NCBI GenBank assembly: GCA_020631355.1 | Contig: JAHDHL010000002.1 | Span: forward strand, 291,317 to 355,316 | DNA length: 64,000 nucleotides | Direction of reading: 5' to 3' | DNA from: Saprospiraceae bacterium | Lineage (GTDB): Bacteria > Bacteroidota > Bacteroidia > Chitinophagales > Saprospiraceae | In this document: positions 1 to 9,636 of the stretch, in pieces | How the letters are laid out: each line of letters starts with the position of its first letter | Numbering within the stretch: position 1 is the stretch's first letter | The notes under the pieces: generated by a model | Told to the model about the DNA's origin: nothing | The model's database searches: none | Seen by the model: the letters and a program-made list of their open reading frames with translations, nothing else | Made by a program: the position numbers and the translations under genes

Positions 1-1269
1 CAAAGGATAGCTCATACCTACCTTGGCCCAGATATTGGGTCTGATTCCAACTTTCTTACTCATTGTTTCCAATCCTATAAGCGAATTGGCCTCCTGATTC
101 AAGAATGTCTTTCCATTGGCGATATGGTACAGATTGATATCCAAGCCACCCTCGTATTCCATATTGAATCGCTTGAATGTTCGCTGGTATCCCACACCCA
201 ATGGTATATTCACAAATCTGTATTGGTTATAAATATTCACATTCTTCTTCCTAATCACAGTATAGGTAATCAATCCCATTTCCTCAGATATGGTTTGGCC
301 ACCTGCATCCAGAACCAGACTGGTCACTCCCCATTCGGTAATGGTCTCCTGAGTTTCCTCAAGGTATTGGAGTACATAATTGAATTGTTCATATTCCATC
401 CCGACAGATAGCATCCAACCTGTTTTCTGGTGGATATACCTGAATTCGAAGCCGGCACCGAATGTCTCCAATGCCTTATCTGTCTGCTTCCTTAATTCCA
501 CCAAAGGTTCCGAAGCCATATCGTTCGCGCCCAACATACTCCTTGAATACCCTACCGAAGCCTCCACTCCTGCATATCCTTTCCACTTCGACTTCTTCTT
601 CTTTTTTCCTTTCCTTTTTTTCTTCTTCTTAGCTTGCTTCTCTTTCTCTTTCTCCTTGACTTTCTTGGATGCAGAGGTATCCTTCTTGGGTGTCACATCA
701 AGAGGCTCGTCATCCTTTTCCACTTCCGTGATTTGTGCCTTGAATGGTGAATCATCAGTCTCGGGAGAATGGCCATAACTGATACTTTCTTTTGTATCTG
801 CCGCCCCATTCCCTAAATTGGATGGTACTTTCAAATCATAAAAATTCACATCATATTTTGAAATGGATGATGGTCTTCCTGAATTCAAAGATAATCCATT
901 GCCTTTGGAAACAGTACGATTGTCTTTCTTTGCTTCCGATGAGGCATCCGTTGATGATGTCTCATCCAATCCTATATTATCCTTAGTATTCGATACATCG
1001 GAATCATCCTGAATCCCATTGGAATCGGAGACAACGTCCTGCGGATTTTCCATTTGGTTGGAAGCCAATTGTGTGGAGTGTCCCATTAGGTAATACCCAC
1101 TCCATCCCAACAACCCTAATCCTAGGAAGAACCAAATAAATATGTATCGCCTCTTTTTCTTCTTCTTCAAACGAGGCTCAATATTTTCCCAAATCTCATT
1201 CGTGTCCAGGAATTCCTCTCCTTCGGATAGGATGTCTCGAAGATATTTTTCGTCATCTGAATGGTTCAT
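1..1269 (-). CDS. Membrane-anchored protein downstream of the ECF sigma factor, putative anti-sigma factor; 3' end lies beyond the window start
   Basis: Minus-strand frame is open from the ATG at 1269-1267 to position 1. The translation begins MNHSDDEKYLRDILSEGEEF, followed by a KKKKKRR stretch, one TM helix (YIFIWFFLGLGLLGWSGYY), a Lys-rich low-complexity linker, and a C-terminal beta-rich domain. The start ATG overlaps the sigma-factor stop as ATGA, suggesting translational coupling. The ORF track omitted it because it runs off the window edge. Confidence 0.5.
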   Translation of the reverse strand, partial: MNHSDDEKYLRDILSEGEEFLDTNEIWENIEPRLKKKKKRRYIFIWFFLGLGLLGWSGYYLMGHSTQLASNQMENPQDVVSDSNGIQDDSDVSNTKDNIGLDETSSTDASSEAKKDNRTVSKGNGLSLNSGRPSSISKYDVNFYDLKVPSNLGNGAADTKESISYGHSPETDDSPFKAQITEVEKDDEPLDVTPKKDTSASKKVKEKEKEKQAKKKKKRKGKKKKKSKWKGYAGVEASVGYSRSMLGANDMASEPLVELRKQTDKALETFGAGFEFRYIHQKTGWMLSVGMEYEQFNYVLQYLEETQETITEWGVTSLVLDAGGQTISEEMGLITYTVIRKKNVNIYNQYRFVNIPLGVGYQRTFKRFNMEYEGGLDINLYHIANGKTFLNQEANSLIGLETMSKKVGIRPNIWAKVGMSYPL

Positions 1270-1808
1270 CTTATCCTAATTTTATCTTGTTCAATAATCA
1301 ATAGTTGTAATTTTTTCCTTGCGCGGGTCAGCAAGGTTCTGGAAGTACTCTCCTTTACTTCCAAAATGCGGGCTATTTCTGCATGCTTGAATCCATCAAT
1401 GATACTCAGGTTGAATATCTGCCTCTGCAAACTCGGTAAATATTGAAGTAATGCAATGATATCTTTCATATTCAATTCCTGTAGAACTTGTGGTGCAATG
1501 GTCTTGTCGTGTATCAATTCTCCGGGATAGGATTCATTCTTATGGGATAACTTTCGTTTTTTTCCCAAAGCGGTATTGATACAAATTCTTTTCATCCAGG
1601 CTTTGAAATCGCTTTCCTTTCCTGAAAACTGATGGATATTATTAATAATCAGAACCAATGAATCCTGTAGGATATCCTTGGCCTGACTCGCATCATTAGC
1701 GTATCGCTTTGCTATGACGTACAAGTAGGGAGAATACTGGTCCACGATGCTTCTCTGAGCAGTCGGTTCCCTATCCCTAGCGGCTTTTATGAGATGGTTG
1801 AATTGCAA
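1266..1808 (-). CDS. RNA polymerase ECF-type sigma-70 factor
   Basis: 180 aa. Region-2 and region-4 like segments are readable (DILQDSLVLII, LPSLQRQIFNLSIIDGFKHAEIARILEVKESTSRTLLTRARKKL). Size is typical for an ECF sigma factor. Confidence 0.85.
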   Translation of the reverse strand: MQFNHLIKAARDREPTAQRSIVDQYSPYLYVIAKRYANDASQAKDILQDSLVLIINNIHQFSGKESDFKAWMKRICINTALGKKRKLSHKNESYPGELIHDKTIAPQVLQELNMKDIIALLQYLPSLQRQIFNLSIIDGFKHAEIARILEVKESTSRTLLTRARKKLQLLIIEQDKIRIR

Positions 1809-1827
1809 ATCGAGTTATTTTTGAGGT

Positions 1828-3570
1828 TTACAATTGAGGTCTTGAAACGAACGGGATACTGATATCCGAATTGGGTACATCATCCAACTTACCTGTGATA
1901 GTTGCCTCTATCCAACCATCAGAGGTAATATTCTGAACAGCTATTGTTGTAAGTTGCAACAACGAACCCTCCATGCCGGACAAGTCAGGAGCAATGCCTG
2001 CCATATCGGTGATGCTTCCCTCGCACGCATAATTACCCACTCCATTATAATTTACGATTATAATATCCAATATTCCTCCGGGTATTTCACATCGTACATT
2101 CAGATTATTAGGATTCGACCAAACGGTTTCATGGGATACGGGGAATAATTTCCTTGAATCACCATTCACTTCAATGGTAGCCGAACTGGATATCTCATTA
2201 CATGCAGCAATATTACCCAAAGCGAAATCCGAAAGTTGCTGATGTTCGAACAAGTCGGTTTTCTGTTCATTCAAATAATCATATCCGGCGATACTGACAT
2301 TTGGAAAATCAATGCAATTGAAGAATAAATCACCGGCCAACATTCCTGTGGCATCCACACTATAATTGCGCTCAAATCCCGGATATCTTACATTAATCCA
2401 TCCTTCCGAAATAGGATTATTGGTACAATCCTGAAGGGATGCTGATATTTGGATACTGAATTGTTCCACTGTTTCATCCAACTGTATTTCAGGGAGCATC
2501 GTATGTGTTTCGTACGGGCCTATATCCAAGTCCGTATATACGACATTATCACATAAATCCTCAATCTGCAAATCCAATGGAGTCGATTTGGGAACCAAAC
2601 CTCTGATGAATCCCTGTTCGTTGGTATATCCTCCGAATATGAAATAGGAATATTCATCATCCAATTCTACCTTGACAAACTGAGCCGGTGTAAGGTCATT
2701 ATTGTAGACATTCGCAGCAACCTGTATACCCTCCACGGGAATACAACAACACCAACTTCCCGTACCTCCGACCGTACATGAATAATTATTACCTGTGGAA
2801 GGATAACAATCCACATCTATGAGCCAGAATTCTTCTTCCAAATCATATCCCCAGGATGGTATCTCATCTTCCAAATCATCCAAAAGGTCTGTGGGGATGG
2901 GAAATTCCAATTCGACACCAACATTCCTATCTATGAATAATTCTTCCCCATTCTCTCCCTCCAATTCCAGATTCATCATTGCGAATGGACGAAGGGATAA
3001 GGGCTCACCAATTGCTGACCTTGCTTCCAATCCCATACCAATCCTTTCGGAAAATCCCTCTTGGGTAGGATCGATGTAATGGTTGAATACCCGTGCATTT
3101 CCTGCGTATGGCTGACCACTATTCGTAATAATACTTCCGGGTTTGAATTTGAATGACAGGCCATTCATATCCAAGTCAACATTGGTATTCGCTTGGATGA
3201 TTTCCGGTGTTCCCCGCTCGAAAAGGGTTACCTCTCCATAAGAAAGACCGTCAGGAGTGGATGCTACTTTCATTACCTGTTCGAAGTAACCATTTTTTCT
3301 GATTACAATTTGTGCCAAGTTTTCCTTGACTACTGCCTGCGCAATATTGAATTGCCCATCTTGATCCGTCATTGCAAATTCAGTACCTGCCATGACTTCA
3401 GCACCTACCACTGCATTGCCATCGGCATCCATGACCTTTCCATTGATACTCGTAATGACCCTAATGATGGGTTCATCCCCAATGATGGAGATATCCAATA
3501 CATTGACATCCTTTCTACAACTAGGCAGCAGCAATAGCAAGCTGAATCCTAGAAACGCTAATCTTTTCAT
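1828..3570 (-). CDS. Lipoprotein with an N-terminal carboxypeptidase-regulatory-like (CarbopepD_reg) domain; hypothetical
   Basis: 580 aa. Signal peptide plus lipobox (LLLLLPSC). The N-terminal region reads DADGNAVVGAEVMAGTEFAMTDQDGQFNI, typical of a CarbopepD_reg beta-sandwich. It sits 19 bp upstream of the sigma factor on the same strand. Confidence 0.55.
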   Translation of the reverse strand: MKRLAFLGFSLLLLLPSCRKDVNVLDISIIGDEPIIRVITSINGKVMDADGNAVVGAEVMAGTEFAMTDQDGQFNIAQAVVKENLAQIVIRKNGYFEQVMKVASTPDGLSYGEVTLFERGTPEIIQANTNVDLDMNGLSFKFKPGSIITNSGQPYAGNARVFNHYIDPTQEGFSERIGMGLEARSAIGEPLSLRPFAMMNLELEGENGEELFIDRNVGVELEFPIPTDLLDDLEDEIPSWGYDLEEEFWLIDVDCYPSTGNNYSCTVGGTGSWCCCIPVEGIQVAANVYNNDLTPAQFVKVELDDEYSYFIFGGYTNEQGFIRGLVPKSTPLDLQIEDLCDNVVYTDLDIGPYETHTMLPEIQLDETVEQFSIQISASLQDCTNNPISEGWINVRYPGFERNYSVDATGMLAGDLFFNCIDFPNVSIAGYDYLNEQKTDLFEHQQLSDFALGNIAACNEISSSATIEVNGDSRKLFPVSHETVWSNPNNLNVRCEIPGGILDIIIVNYNGVGNYACEGSITDMAGIAPDLSGMEGSLLQLTTIAVQNITSDGWIEATITGKLDDVPNSDISIPFVSRPQL

Positions 3571-3670
3571 CTGTATCGTTTTAAACCATTATCAAAATGG
3601 ATGATCACCCCTTACATCATATAGAATGCAGGTAGAATCAAAAACGCTACACTTTCATAAGAAAAATATC

Positions 3671-4372
3671 CTAGGCAGTCATTCCTTTCCAAACTTTCTT
3701 GGCTCCAATAGCCTGAATAGCAAGGGAAATGATGAGTAGATAAACAATGATTTTCTGACCGACTACCTGTATCATCAGGCCATCATCAGAGGTGTAAGGA
3801 TTGGGACCATAGAATAAAAGTCCAACGTAGCCTGCCAATATCAGATTGGTCAATAATAAAAGATGGCCATAAACCTTGGGGTATCCCGGTGTTCCATAAA
3901 TACAAATCATCAATAACAATAAGGATAGCAATAGGAAAACAAATGACCAGTACACAAAGAAAATATGGATATCATGAATCAAATCTGCGGGAGCACAGCC
4001 TATACCGACCAAACCGACTCCTGCAAATATACCCGTCATGGCCATGAGATAGGATAAGTATTTGGTCCAGGATTTTTTTCTGAAGATATACCTGAGTATG
4101 GTAAAGAATAAGATGGCTGAAGCTCCTACACAAAGAAGCACCCAGAAATAGATACCTGCACAAACGAGGTTGGATGTTCCATCAAAGGTATTGATGCGGC
4201 CTAGGTCCGAAAGGAAATTCTCAGTGAATACATATCCGACAGTATCCATGTTCCTGTGTGTACTCCCCGAGTAGAGGAACATTGCTATGATTGTGAGTAC
4301 CACATACTGAATACCCGAAAAAATAGTCATGTTATAAACGGCTTCCTCGGTCAGTAATCGCTTGCTTTGCAT
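3671..4372 (-). CDS. Polytopic integral membrane protein, hypothetical
   Basis: 233 aa with about 6 hydrophobic helices and no recognisable catalytic motif. Confidence 0.5.
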   Translation of the reverse strand: MQSKRLLTEEAVYNMTIFSGIQYVVLTIIAMFLYSGSTHRNMDTVGYVFTENFLSDLGRINTFDGTSNLVCAGIYFWVLLCVGASAILFFTILRYIFRKKSWTKYLSYLMAMTGIFAGVGLVGIGCAPADLIHDIHIFFVYWSFVFLLLSLLLLMICIYGTPGYPKVYGHLLLLTNLILAGYVGLLFYGPNPYTSDDGLMIQVVGQKIIVYLLIISLAIQAIGAKKVWKGMTA

Positions 4373-4434
4373 TAGAATATTTTTAAGCTAACATTGTACC
4401 GAACCACCTGATTGATGATTCGGTACAAATGTAT

Positions 4435-6531
4435 CTATCTGATGATGATTCTTTCTGTATAGACTACCTTATCTGTCTCCATTCTAAGGAAATATATACC
4501 CGATGGCAATTGAGAAACATCCAATCTTAGGTTTCTACCCTGCCACTGTTCGGATAACATCTCCTGTCCTGCAATGTTCAGCATGGAAACCTGCCATTGC
4601 TCAGTTTGGTCTTGTTCTAAATTAAGTACATCCGCTACAGGATTAGGAAATACTTCCAAGCCATATTCTAATTTGACTTCCTCATTCGAGGTTACGATAA
4701 AAAAGAATGTATACTCCTTTGAACATCCCAATGCATCCATAACTGTTACGGTATAATTACTCGTTTGTGTCAGGGTATGTGTAGGTCCTGAAAGGCCATT
4801 GTTCCAAGTATAGCTTAGGGGCGGAGTACCTCCTGCGACATTAATGGTTACCTCATCCCCATTCTGGCTCTCAGAAACTACCATTTCGGGGGAGAATGTC
4901 AGGTTGATACTCACTATGGAATCACATCCATTGGCCCCGGTTCCGATGATGGCCTGTCCTGTAGGGTTATTGATATTGTATTCTGTTCCGTTGTAGATGA
5001 AACTCTCATCCCAACAAAGCATCTGATTGATGGTCTGTGTACCTAATCCCGCAAAGGATAAATCAATTGCTATGACAGAATCACATCCATATTGGTTCAC
5101 CATTGTTTCTACTCCCAAAGGGTTGGATTCATCATAGGTCGTACCATTCACCATGATGCTGTAACCATCACCCGAACAACCTGAATAATCCACTTGGGCA
5201 GCATTGGCACCCGGATTGAAGGGCATATCCAAATCTCCTAAAAAGGCTCCGTTCTGACCACTGGCTGCATTGTTGCTCAAACCATTACAACCACTGATGG
5301 ATTCTGTCACCACTCCCGGCAAACCTCCTTGGACGTGTGGTGTCATCATAGCCAAATCGACATTGGAATAGATAGCGCCACCGCCGCCGCCACCGCCGGG
5401 GCCCATACAGCGGTCTATGTTCAAATTCCTCGTATCACTACCTTTTCCACCTTTGGCTTCCAAATCTAAATTGCCAATAATCATATTGGCCCTCACTATC
5501 ATACTTCCGGCTCCGCCGCCGCCGCCGCCACCATCCAAACCGACAGTGACTCCATTATCTTCTCCATTCGATCGGAAGAAAAATCCATTGGTGGTAATGG
5601 TATTAGCAGCACAATAGATGATTCCACCGCCCACTCCACCAAAGGTGGCTTGGCTATTATTCTCATGGCCGGCACCACCACCGCCGCCTAAGAATAGTCT
5701 GGTATCCGAATAGCTTATCGACTTACCTCCCACTCCCGGAAAATTACCTCTACAATTGAATAATCCAGGATCTTGATTCTCTCCACCCTGACCACCATTC
5801 TCGTATCCAGCACCACCGCCACCACCGGCATTGTGGTCATTACCACCGCCGCCGCCATTGGCCTGCGCTCCCCTACCATATTCCTTACCTTGGATATAAG
5901 CTGCAACACCTTCTCCCTTTCCCTCTGATTGCCATGCTCCTTGCGGATAATGAAAATCGGATATGAATGTAAATGCGGAACATTCACTGGTTGGATTACT
6001 GGTCGTACCTCCTCTAAAACCCGAAGTACTTGCATTGATATCTGCCTGAAGGGCCAATGAACCGGATACTTCCATAGCAATTACACCCCCCTTTTCCCCA
6101 TCCCAAGGAGCTGCGGTAATTTCGGAAGTGACCGTTACGTCCATATACTGGGGAATCGTTACCAATTGGACTTTGCCTGTAGTCTCGTAATCGTTCAATA
6201 ATCCTGATACGGTTGTAATGGTATTCCCGTTGATACTTGCAATCTCAATCTTTTCAAAGAGGCCTGCTCCATTCAGATTATTAACATCTCCGAATGTCTG
6301 TGAGTTGGATTCATCAATAACAGCACCCTGCATCTGTATTACCAAGGCATAGTCACCTACAGAAAATCCGGAGGCATCCACCAAAGTCAGTGTTGCCGAA
6401 CAATCAGTTCCATTATTGATATTGGAAATGGATGTATAGGTATTAATGATTCCACCAATGGGTGTTTGGGCTTGGATTGGGTTCATCCACAAGAGGGACA
6501 TCACCACAATCAGGAGGTGTAAAATTTTCAT
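4435..6531 (-). CDS. Glycine-rich secreted protein with an SprB-type repeat and a T9SS (Por) C-terminal sorting domain
   Basis: 698 aa. Signal peptide MKILHLLIVVMSLLWMNPIQAQ. Long Gly-rich tracts (GGGGGNDHNAGGGGGAGYENGGQGG; GGGGGGGAGS). SprB-like motif GGTPPLSYTWNNG. C-terminal about 80 aa reads VFPNPVADVLNLEQ...GIYFLRMET, typical of a T9SS type-A C-terminal domain. Confidence 0.65.
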   Translation of the reverse strand: MKILHLLIVVMSLLWMNPIQAQTPIGGIINTYTSISNINNGTDCSATLTLVDASGFSVGDYALVIQMQGAVIDESNSQTFGDVNNLNGAGLFEKIEIASINGNTITTVSGLLNDYETTGKVQLVTIPQYMDVTVTSEITAAPWDGEKGGVIAMEVSGSLALQADINASTSGFRGGTTSNPTSECSAFTFISDFHYPQGAWQSEGKGEGVAAYIQGKEYGRGAQANGGGGGNDHNAGGGGGAGYENGGQGGENQDPGLFNCRGNFPGVGGKSISYSDTRLFLGGGGGAGHENNSQATFGGVGGGIIYCAANTITTNGFFFRSNGEDNGVTVGLDGGGGGGGAGSMIVRANMIIGNLDLEAKGGKGSDTRNLNIDRCMGPGGGGGGGAIYSNVDLAMMTPHVQGGLPGVVTESISGCNGLSNNAASGQNGAFLGDLDMPFNPGANAAQVDYSGCSGDGYSIMVNGTTYDESNPLGVETMVNQYGCDSVIAIDLSFAGLGTQTINQMLCWDESFIYNGTEYNINNPTGQAIIGTGANGCDSIVSINLTFSPEMVVSESQNGDEVTINVAGGTPPLSYTWNNGLSGPTHTLTQTSNYTVTVMDALGCSKEYTFFFIVTSNEEVKLEYGLEVFPNPVADVLNLEQDQTEQWQVSMLNIAGQEMLSEQWQGRNLRLDVSQLPSGIYFLRMETDKVVYTERIIIR
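5377..5533. repeat. (GCC/GGC)n trinucleotide microsatellites inside the Gly-rich gene
   Basis: ccgccgccgccaccgcc at 5377-5398 and ccgccgccgccgccgccacc at 5513-5532. More tracts near 5690 and 5810-5860. All encode Gly runs on the minus strand. Confidence 0.6.
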
Positions 6532-7021
6532 AATGAGTTATTTATTCTAGTTTTAGTTGATGAGCTGGAAATCAATACAATACTTTCTACATACAAAAAT
6601 AGAACGATTCAACGAAAAGGTATGTATGTATGGTAGGCAAATAATAAGAGATGAATTGATATGTTTTTTGCCTAATCCTTGTCACAAAATCAGATGAACA
6701 ATGAAATTACATACTATTTATATAACTTTGCACTGACTAATAAACTACAAACACAACATTAAACATTAATCGTTTCAGACTAAAAAAATTACTACAACTT
6801 TTTCTTCTGAACGTTAACCTTACCTAATTCATGGAGCTAGTTTACCAAACCATTGGCTCCTTACTTTCCACGTGTTTGTGATATAGAAAACCACGTAGTC
6901 CCTAATTAGGGTACTACACCATTTCTTTTGGAGGGAGATTGATATTCCTTTGGAAAATATTCCAAGAGGAAACAGACTTGTATTGTACTTATATCACTCA
7001 AATATTTAATTAATCTTAACT

Positions 7022-7711
7022 ATGAATTACGCAAAAAGCTTATTACTAACTATTGCAGTTTTCTTTTTCATTTCCCAATCCTATGCCCAGAATGTAGGTA
7101 TCGGAGAATCTAATCCCCAACAAAAACTACACATTGATGGTGATGATGCAGGTATTCAAACCATCAGGGTGGAAGATATGGCTGTAACTGCTGCAGGAAC
7201 CAATGATGCTGAATTAGCCACAACCAATTCTACCGCAGGCAAGGCTGTTTATGCTGATGCCAATGGAGATTTGGCCGTTAGGTATGTATATGGGGATAAT
7301 GTACAGAGTACAGTGATGTCCGGAGCTTCACAGAACATTACCAGCGGAACACTTGTGGATATCAATGGTGCCAGTATCACATTCACTCCTAGGCATTCTG
7401 TTGTGTATCTCTCATTCTCTATCTCAGGTTACAATCCATTAACTGCTTCTGACAACAGTTCTTGGTTTGTAGTGGGTGTTGATAATGGCGGAAGTAATGT
7501 AGGTAACTTCCTCAGCCTTACAGCAGAGAACGATGATGTAACAGGTTCCTCAGGTGCGGCAACTATTACCGCTGCACATTTCCCATTGACAGTAACTCCA
7601 GGAGTTCCAGTAACCATCAAGTTGCAAGGAAGAAACGGAGGTGTGAGTTCAACAGAGGGATTCACCATCGACAAGGCAAACTACACCAGTTACATGACCA
7701 TATGGGATTAA
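7022..7711 (+). CDS. Secreted hypothetical protein
   Basis: 229 aa. Signal peptide MNYAKSLLLTIAVFFFISQSYAQ. Mature N-terminus NVGIGESNPQQKLHIDG. Ser/Thr/Gly-rich, probably beta-rich. Confidence 0.45.
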   Translation: MNYAKSLLLTIAVFFFISQSYAQNVGIGESNPQQKLHIDGDDAGIQTIRVEDMAVTAAGTNDAELATTNSTAGKAVYADANGDLAVRYVYGDNVQSTVMSGASQNITSGTLVDINGASITFTPRHSVVYLSFSISGYNPLTASDNSSWFVVGVDNGGSNVGNFLSLTAENDDVTGSSGAATITAAHFPLTVTPGVPVTIKLQGRNGGVSSTEGFTIDKANYTSYMTIWD

Positions 7712-7758
7712 TCCTATCTATCGTACATCCTATTATTTAATACTAAATACGAATAGAT

Positions 7759-9348
7759 ATGAACCAACATTCCTATATCATGATATTATTGGTTTGTTGT
7801 ATGGCGCTGGGGCTTTCAGCACAGCACAGCAACGAACTATACAACAAAGGAGCCGACATCACCGTAAAGGCAGGAGAAACCATCTATGTGATGGGCGATG
7901 TCCACCTGGACGGAGGTGACCTTGGCAACAGTGGTACCATAGAGGTACAAGGAGATTTTTATAATGACAATGCAACGAGTACTCAATCCGGAACAGGGGT
8001 CGTTATTTTCAAGAACGATGATGTCAACCTCGGACAGGTACAACAAATCAGGGGTTCGGCTGACCTTACAGGCAGTGCATCATTCTATGATGTGGATTTG
8101 GATAATCGGGCTGCTGCTCCAATGGTTGAACTCAATGGAGTCAATGCGGGTGTTTCCAATACATTGGAATTCGTATCCGCTAGCCACAGACTCAGAACTG
8201 CTGTATCAGATGGTGTAAATGGTGAATCCTATGCCAATTATATCCATATCGAGAATACGAGTAATGCGGCTATGGTTAATGTTTCCACTACTCCGGGTGC
8301 AGCCACCAACTTCATTGAGGGTAGACTGAGATGGGACTTGGCTGCGGCAACGGACTATACCCTACCTGTTGGATTTGCAGATGGTTTGGGTGGTAACGGA
8401 CGTGCGAACCAAGTAGCGACCATCAGTACCAATACAGGTTCTGGTACAATCGAGGCTTCATTCACCCAGGATGCAGGTGGAACCATTACTGCATTACAGG
8501 ATTGTGGAACGATTGATGTGGATTGTATCATCGACCATGGTTGGTGGAACATAGATGCCATTTCTGGTGCATTCACTGATTTTGACTTGAATCTTCAAGC
8601 AGCCAATTTCACGAATTGTGCAGCATCCGAGGATGTCACCATCGTAAAGAAAGCAGATGGAGCCGCTATCAGTGGATACGGTCTGGATGGTAGTGATCCA
8701 TGTAATAATGTAGTCAATACGCCGGGTAGTGTGGACCGTGAGGGTTTTACGGGTATGTCTGATTTTGCCATCGCTTCCACAAGTGTAATGGCACTTCCCG
8801 TTGATTTGATTGATTTCCAGGCAAAGCCTATTGACCAGCGTTTCATCCAGCTGACTTGGTTGACAGCCACTGAGGATAATTTCTCCCATTTTGAAATTGA
8901 AAGAAGTGTGGATGGATTCCGTTTCCTGACCATAACTGAGATTCAGGCTAAAGGTTCGGGAAGCGAATATCTATTGGATGATATCCAAGTGGAATCAGGA
9001 GTCCTTTACTATTACAGGCTTAGGATGGTGGATTATGATGACTCTTACGAATATTCCGAAATCAGGAAAGCCATGATTCATAATGGCCAGTTGAATGTAT
9101 TATCCGTCTATCCGAATCCGAATAAGGCCGGTCAATCTTTCAATGTGGAGATATTCAGCAAGCATACCTCCCAAATCCAATTGAATCTCTACAATGCATT
9201 GGGACAAATGGTTCAGCAAGAACAATTGGATATCCAACAAGGCAATCAGATTCTTGGTATTCCCACACATTCATTATCCAAGGGAAATTATATCCTACAG
9301 ATATCGAATGGACAGGATGTGATGATTGAAAAACTGAGCATTCAATAA
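7759..9348 (+). CDS. Secreted protein with a T9SS C-terminal sorting domain
   Basis: 529 aa. Signal peptide present. C-terminal about 85 aa (LSVYPNPNKAGQSFNVEIFS...GNYILQISNGQDVMIEKLSIQ) matches the T9SS C-terminal domain pattern. Confidence 0.6.
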   Translation: MNQHSYIMILLVCCMALGLSAQHSNELYNKGADITVKAGETIYVMGDVHLDGGDLGNSGTIEVQGDFYNDNATSTQSGTGVVIFKNDDVNLGQVQQIRGSADLTGSASFYDVDLDNRAAAPMVELNGVNAGVSNTLEFVSASHRLRTAVSDGVNGESYANYIHIENTSNAAMVNVSTTPGAATNFIEGRLRWDLAAATDYTLPVGFADGLGGNGRANQVATISTNTGSGTIEASFTQDAGGTITALQDCGTIDVDCIIDHGWWNIDAISGAFTDFDLNLQAANFTNCAASEDVTIVKKADGAAISGYGLDGSDPCNNVVNTPGSVDREGFTGMSDFAIASTSVMALPVDLIDFQAKPIDQRFIQLTWLTATEDNFSHFEIERSVDGFRFLTITEIQAKGSGSEYLLDDIQVESGVLYYYRLRMVDYDDSYEYSEIRKAMIHNGQLNVLSVYPNPNKAGQSFNVEIFSKHTSQIQLNLYNALGQMVQQEQLDIQQGNQILGIPTHSLSKGNYILQISNGQDVMIEKLSIQ

Positions 9349-9399
9349 TTATCCATCAGGATATATAGCGGACATTAAATCTTTAGTGTCCTGACGAAT

Positions 9400-9434
9400 C
9401 CCTATCCACGGCTCTTGTGGGTAGGGATTTTCTC
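9400..9434 (+). terminator. Rho-independent terminator after the T9SS gene
   Basis: 10-bp stem ccctatccac/gtgggtaggg with one G-U pair and a 7-nt loop, followed by attttctc. Confidence 0.45.
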
Positions 9435-9636
9435 ATTCATGGCATATTGCCCTATCCTTTCCCATTATTATATAATTAACCTTAGGCTACTGATATTTTA
9501 AAAAAATCTTAAACCTCATATTTAAGGGAAGAAAATGGGCTGTCAGATTTTCTAATCCTCATAATATTCATTCAAATCAGATATATGAAAAAAAACAGGA
9601 CACTTATTCATTCTATCACTGTTAACCATCTATATC

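Noticed and set aside
124-778. Plus-strand ORFs 124-411 and 380-778 at the window start
   Set aside because: They are antisense to the uninterrupted minus-strand frame 1-1269, which is translationally coupled to the sigma factor. The 380-778 ORF is an FFFFPFLFFFF-type translation of the poly-Lys coding tract.
5417-6080. Small ORFs on both strands within the Gly-rich gene (for example 5417-5617 + and 5715-6080 -)
   Set aside because: They are alternate-frame readings of GC-rich Gly-coding repeats (Pro/Ala-rich translations) and overlap a signal-peptide and T9SS-C-terminal-domain supported 698-aa ORF.
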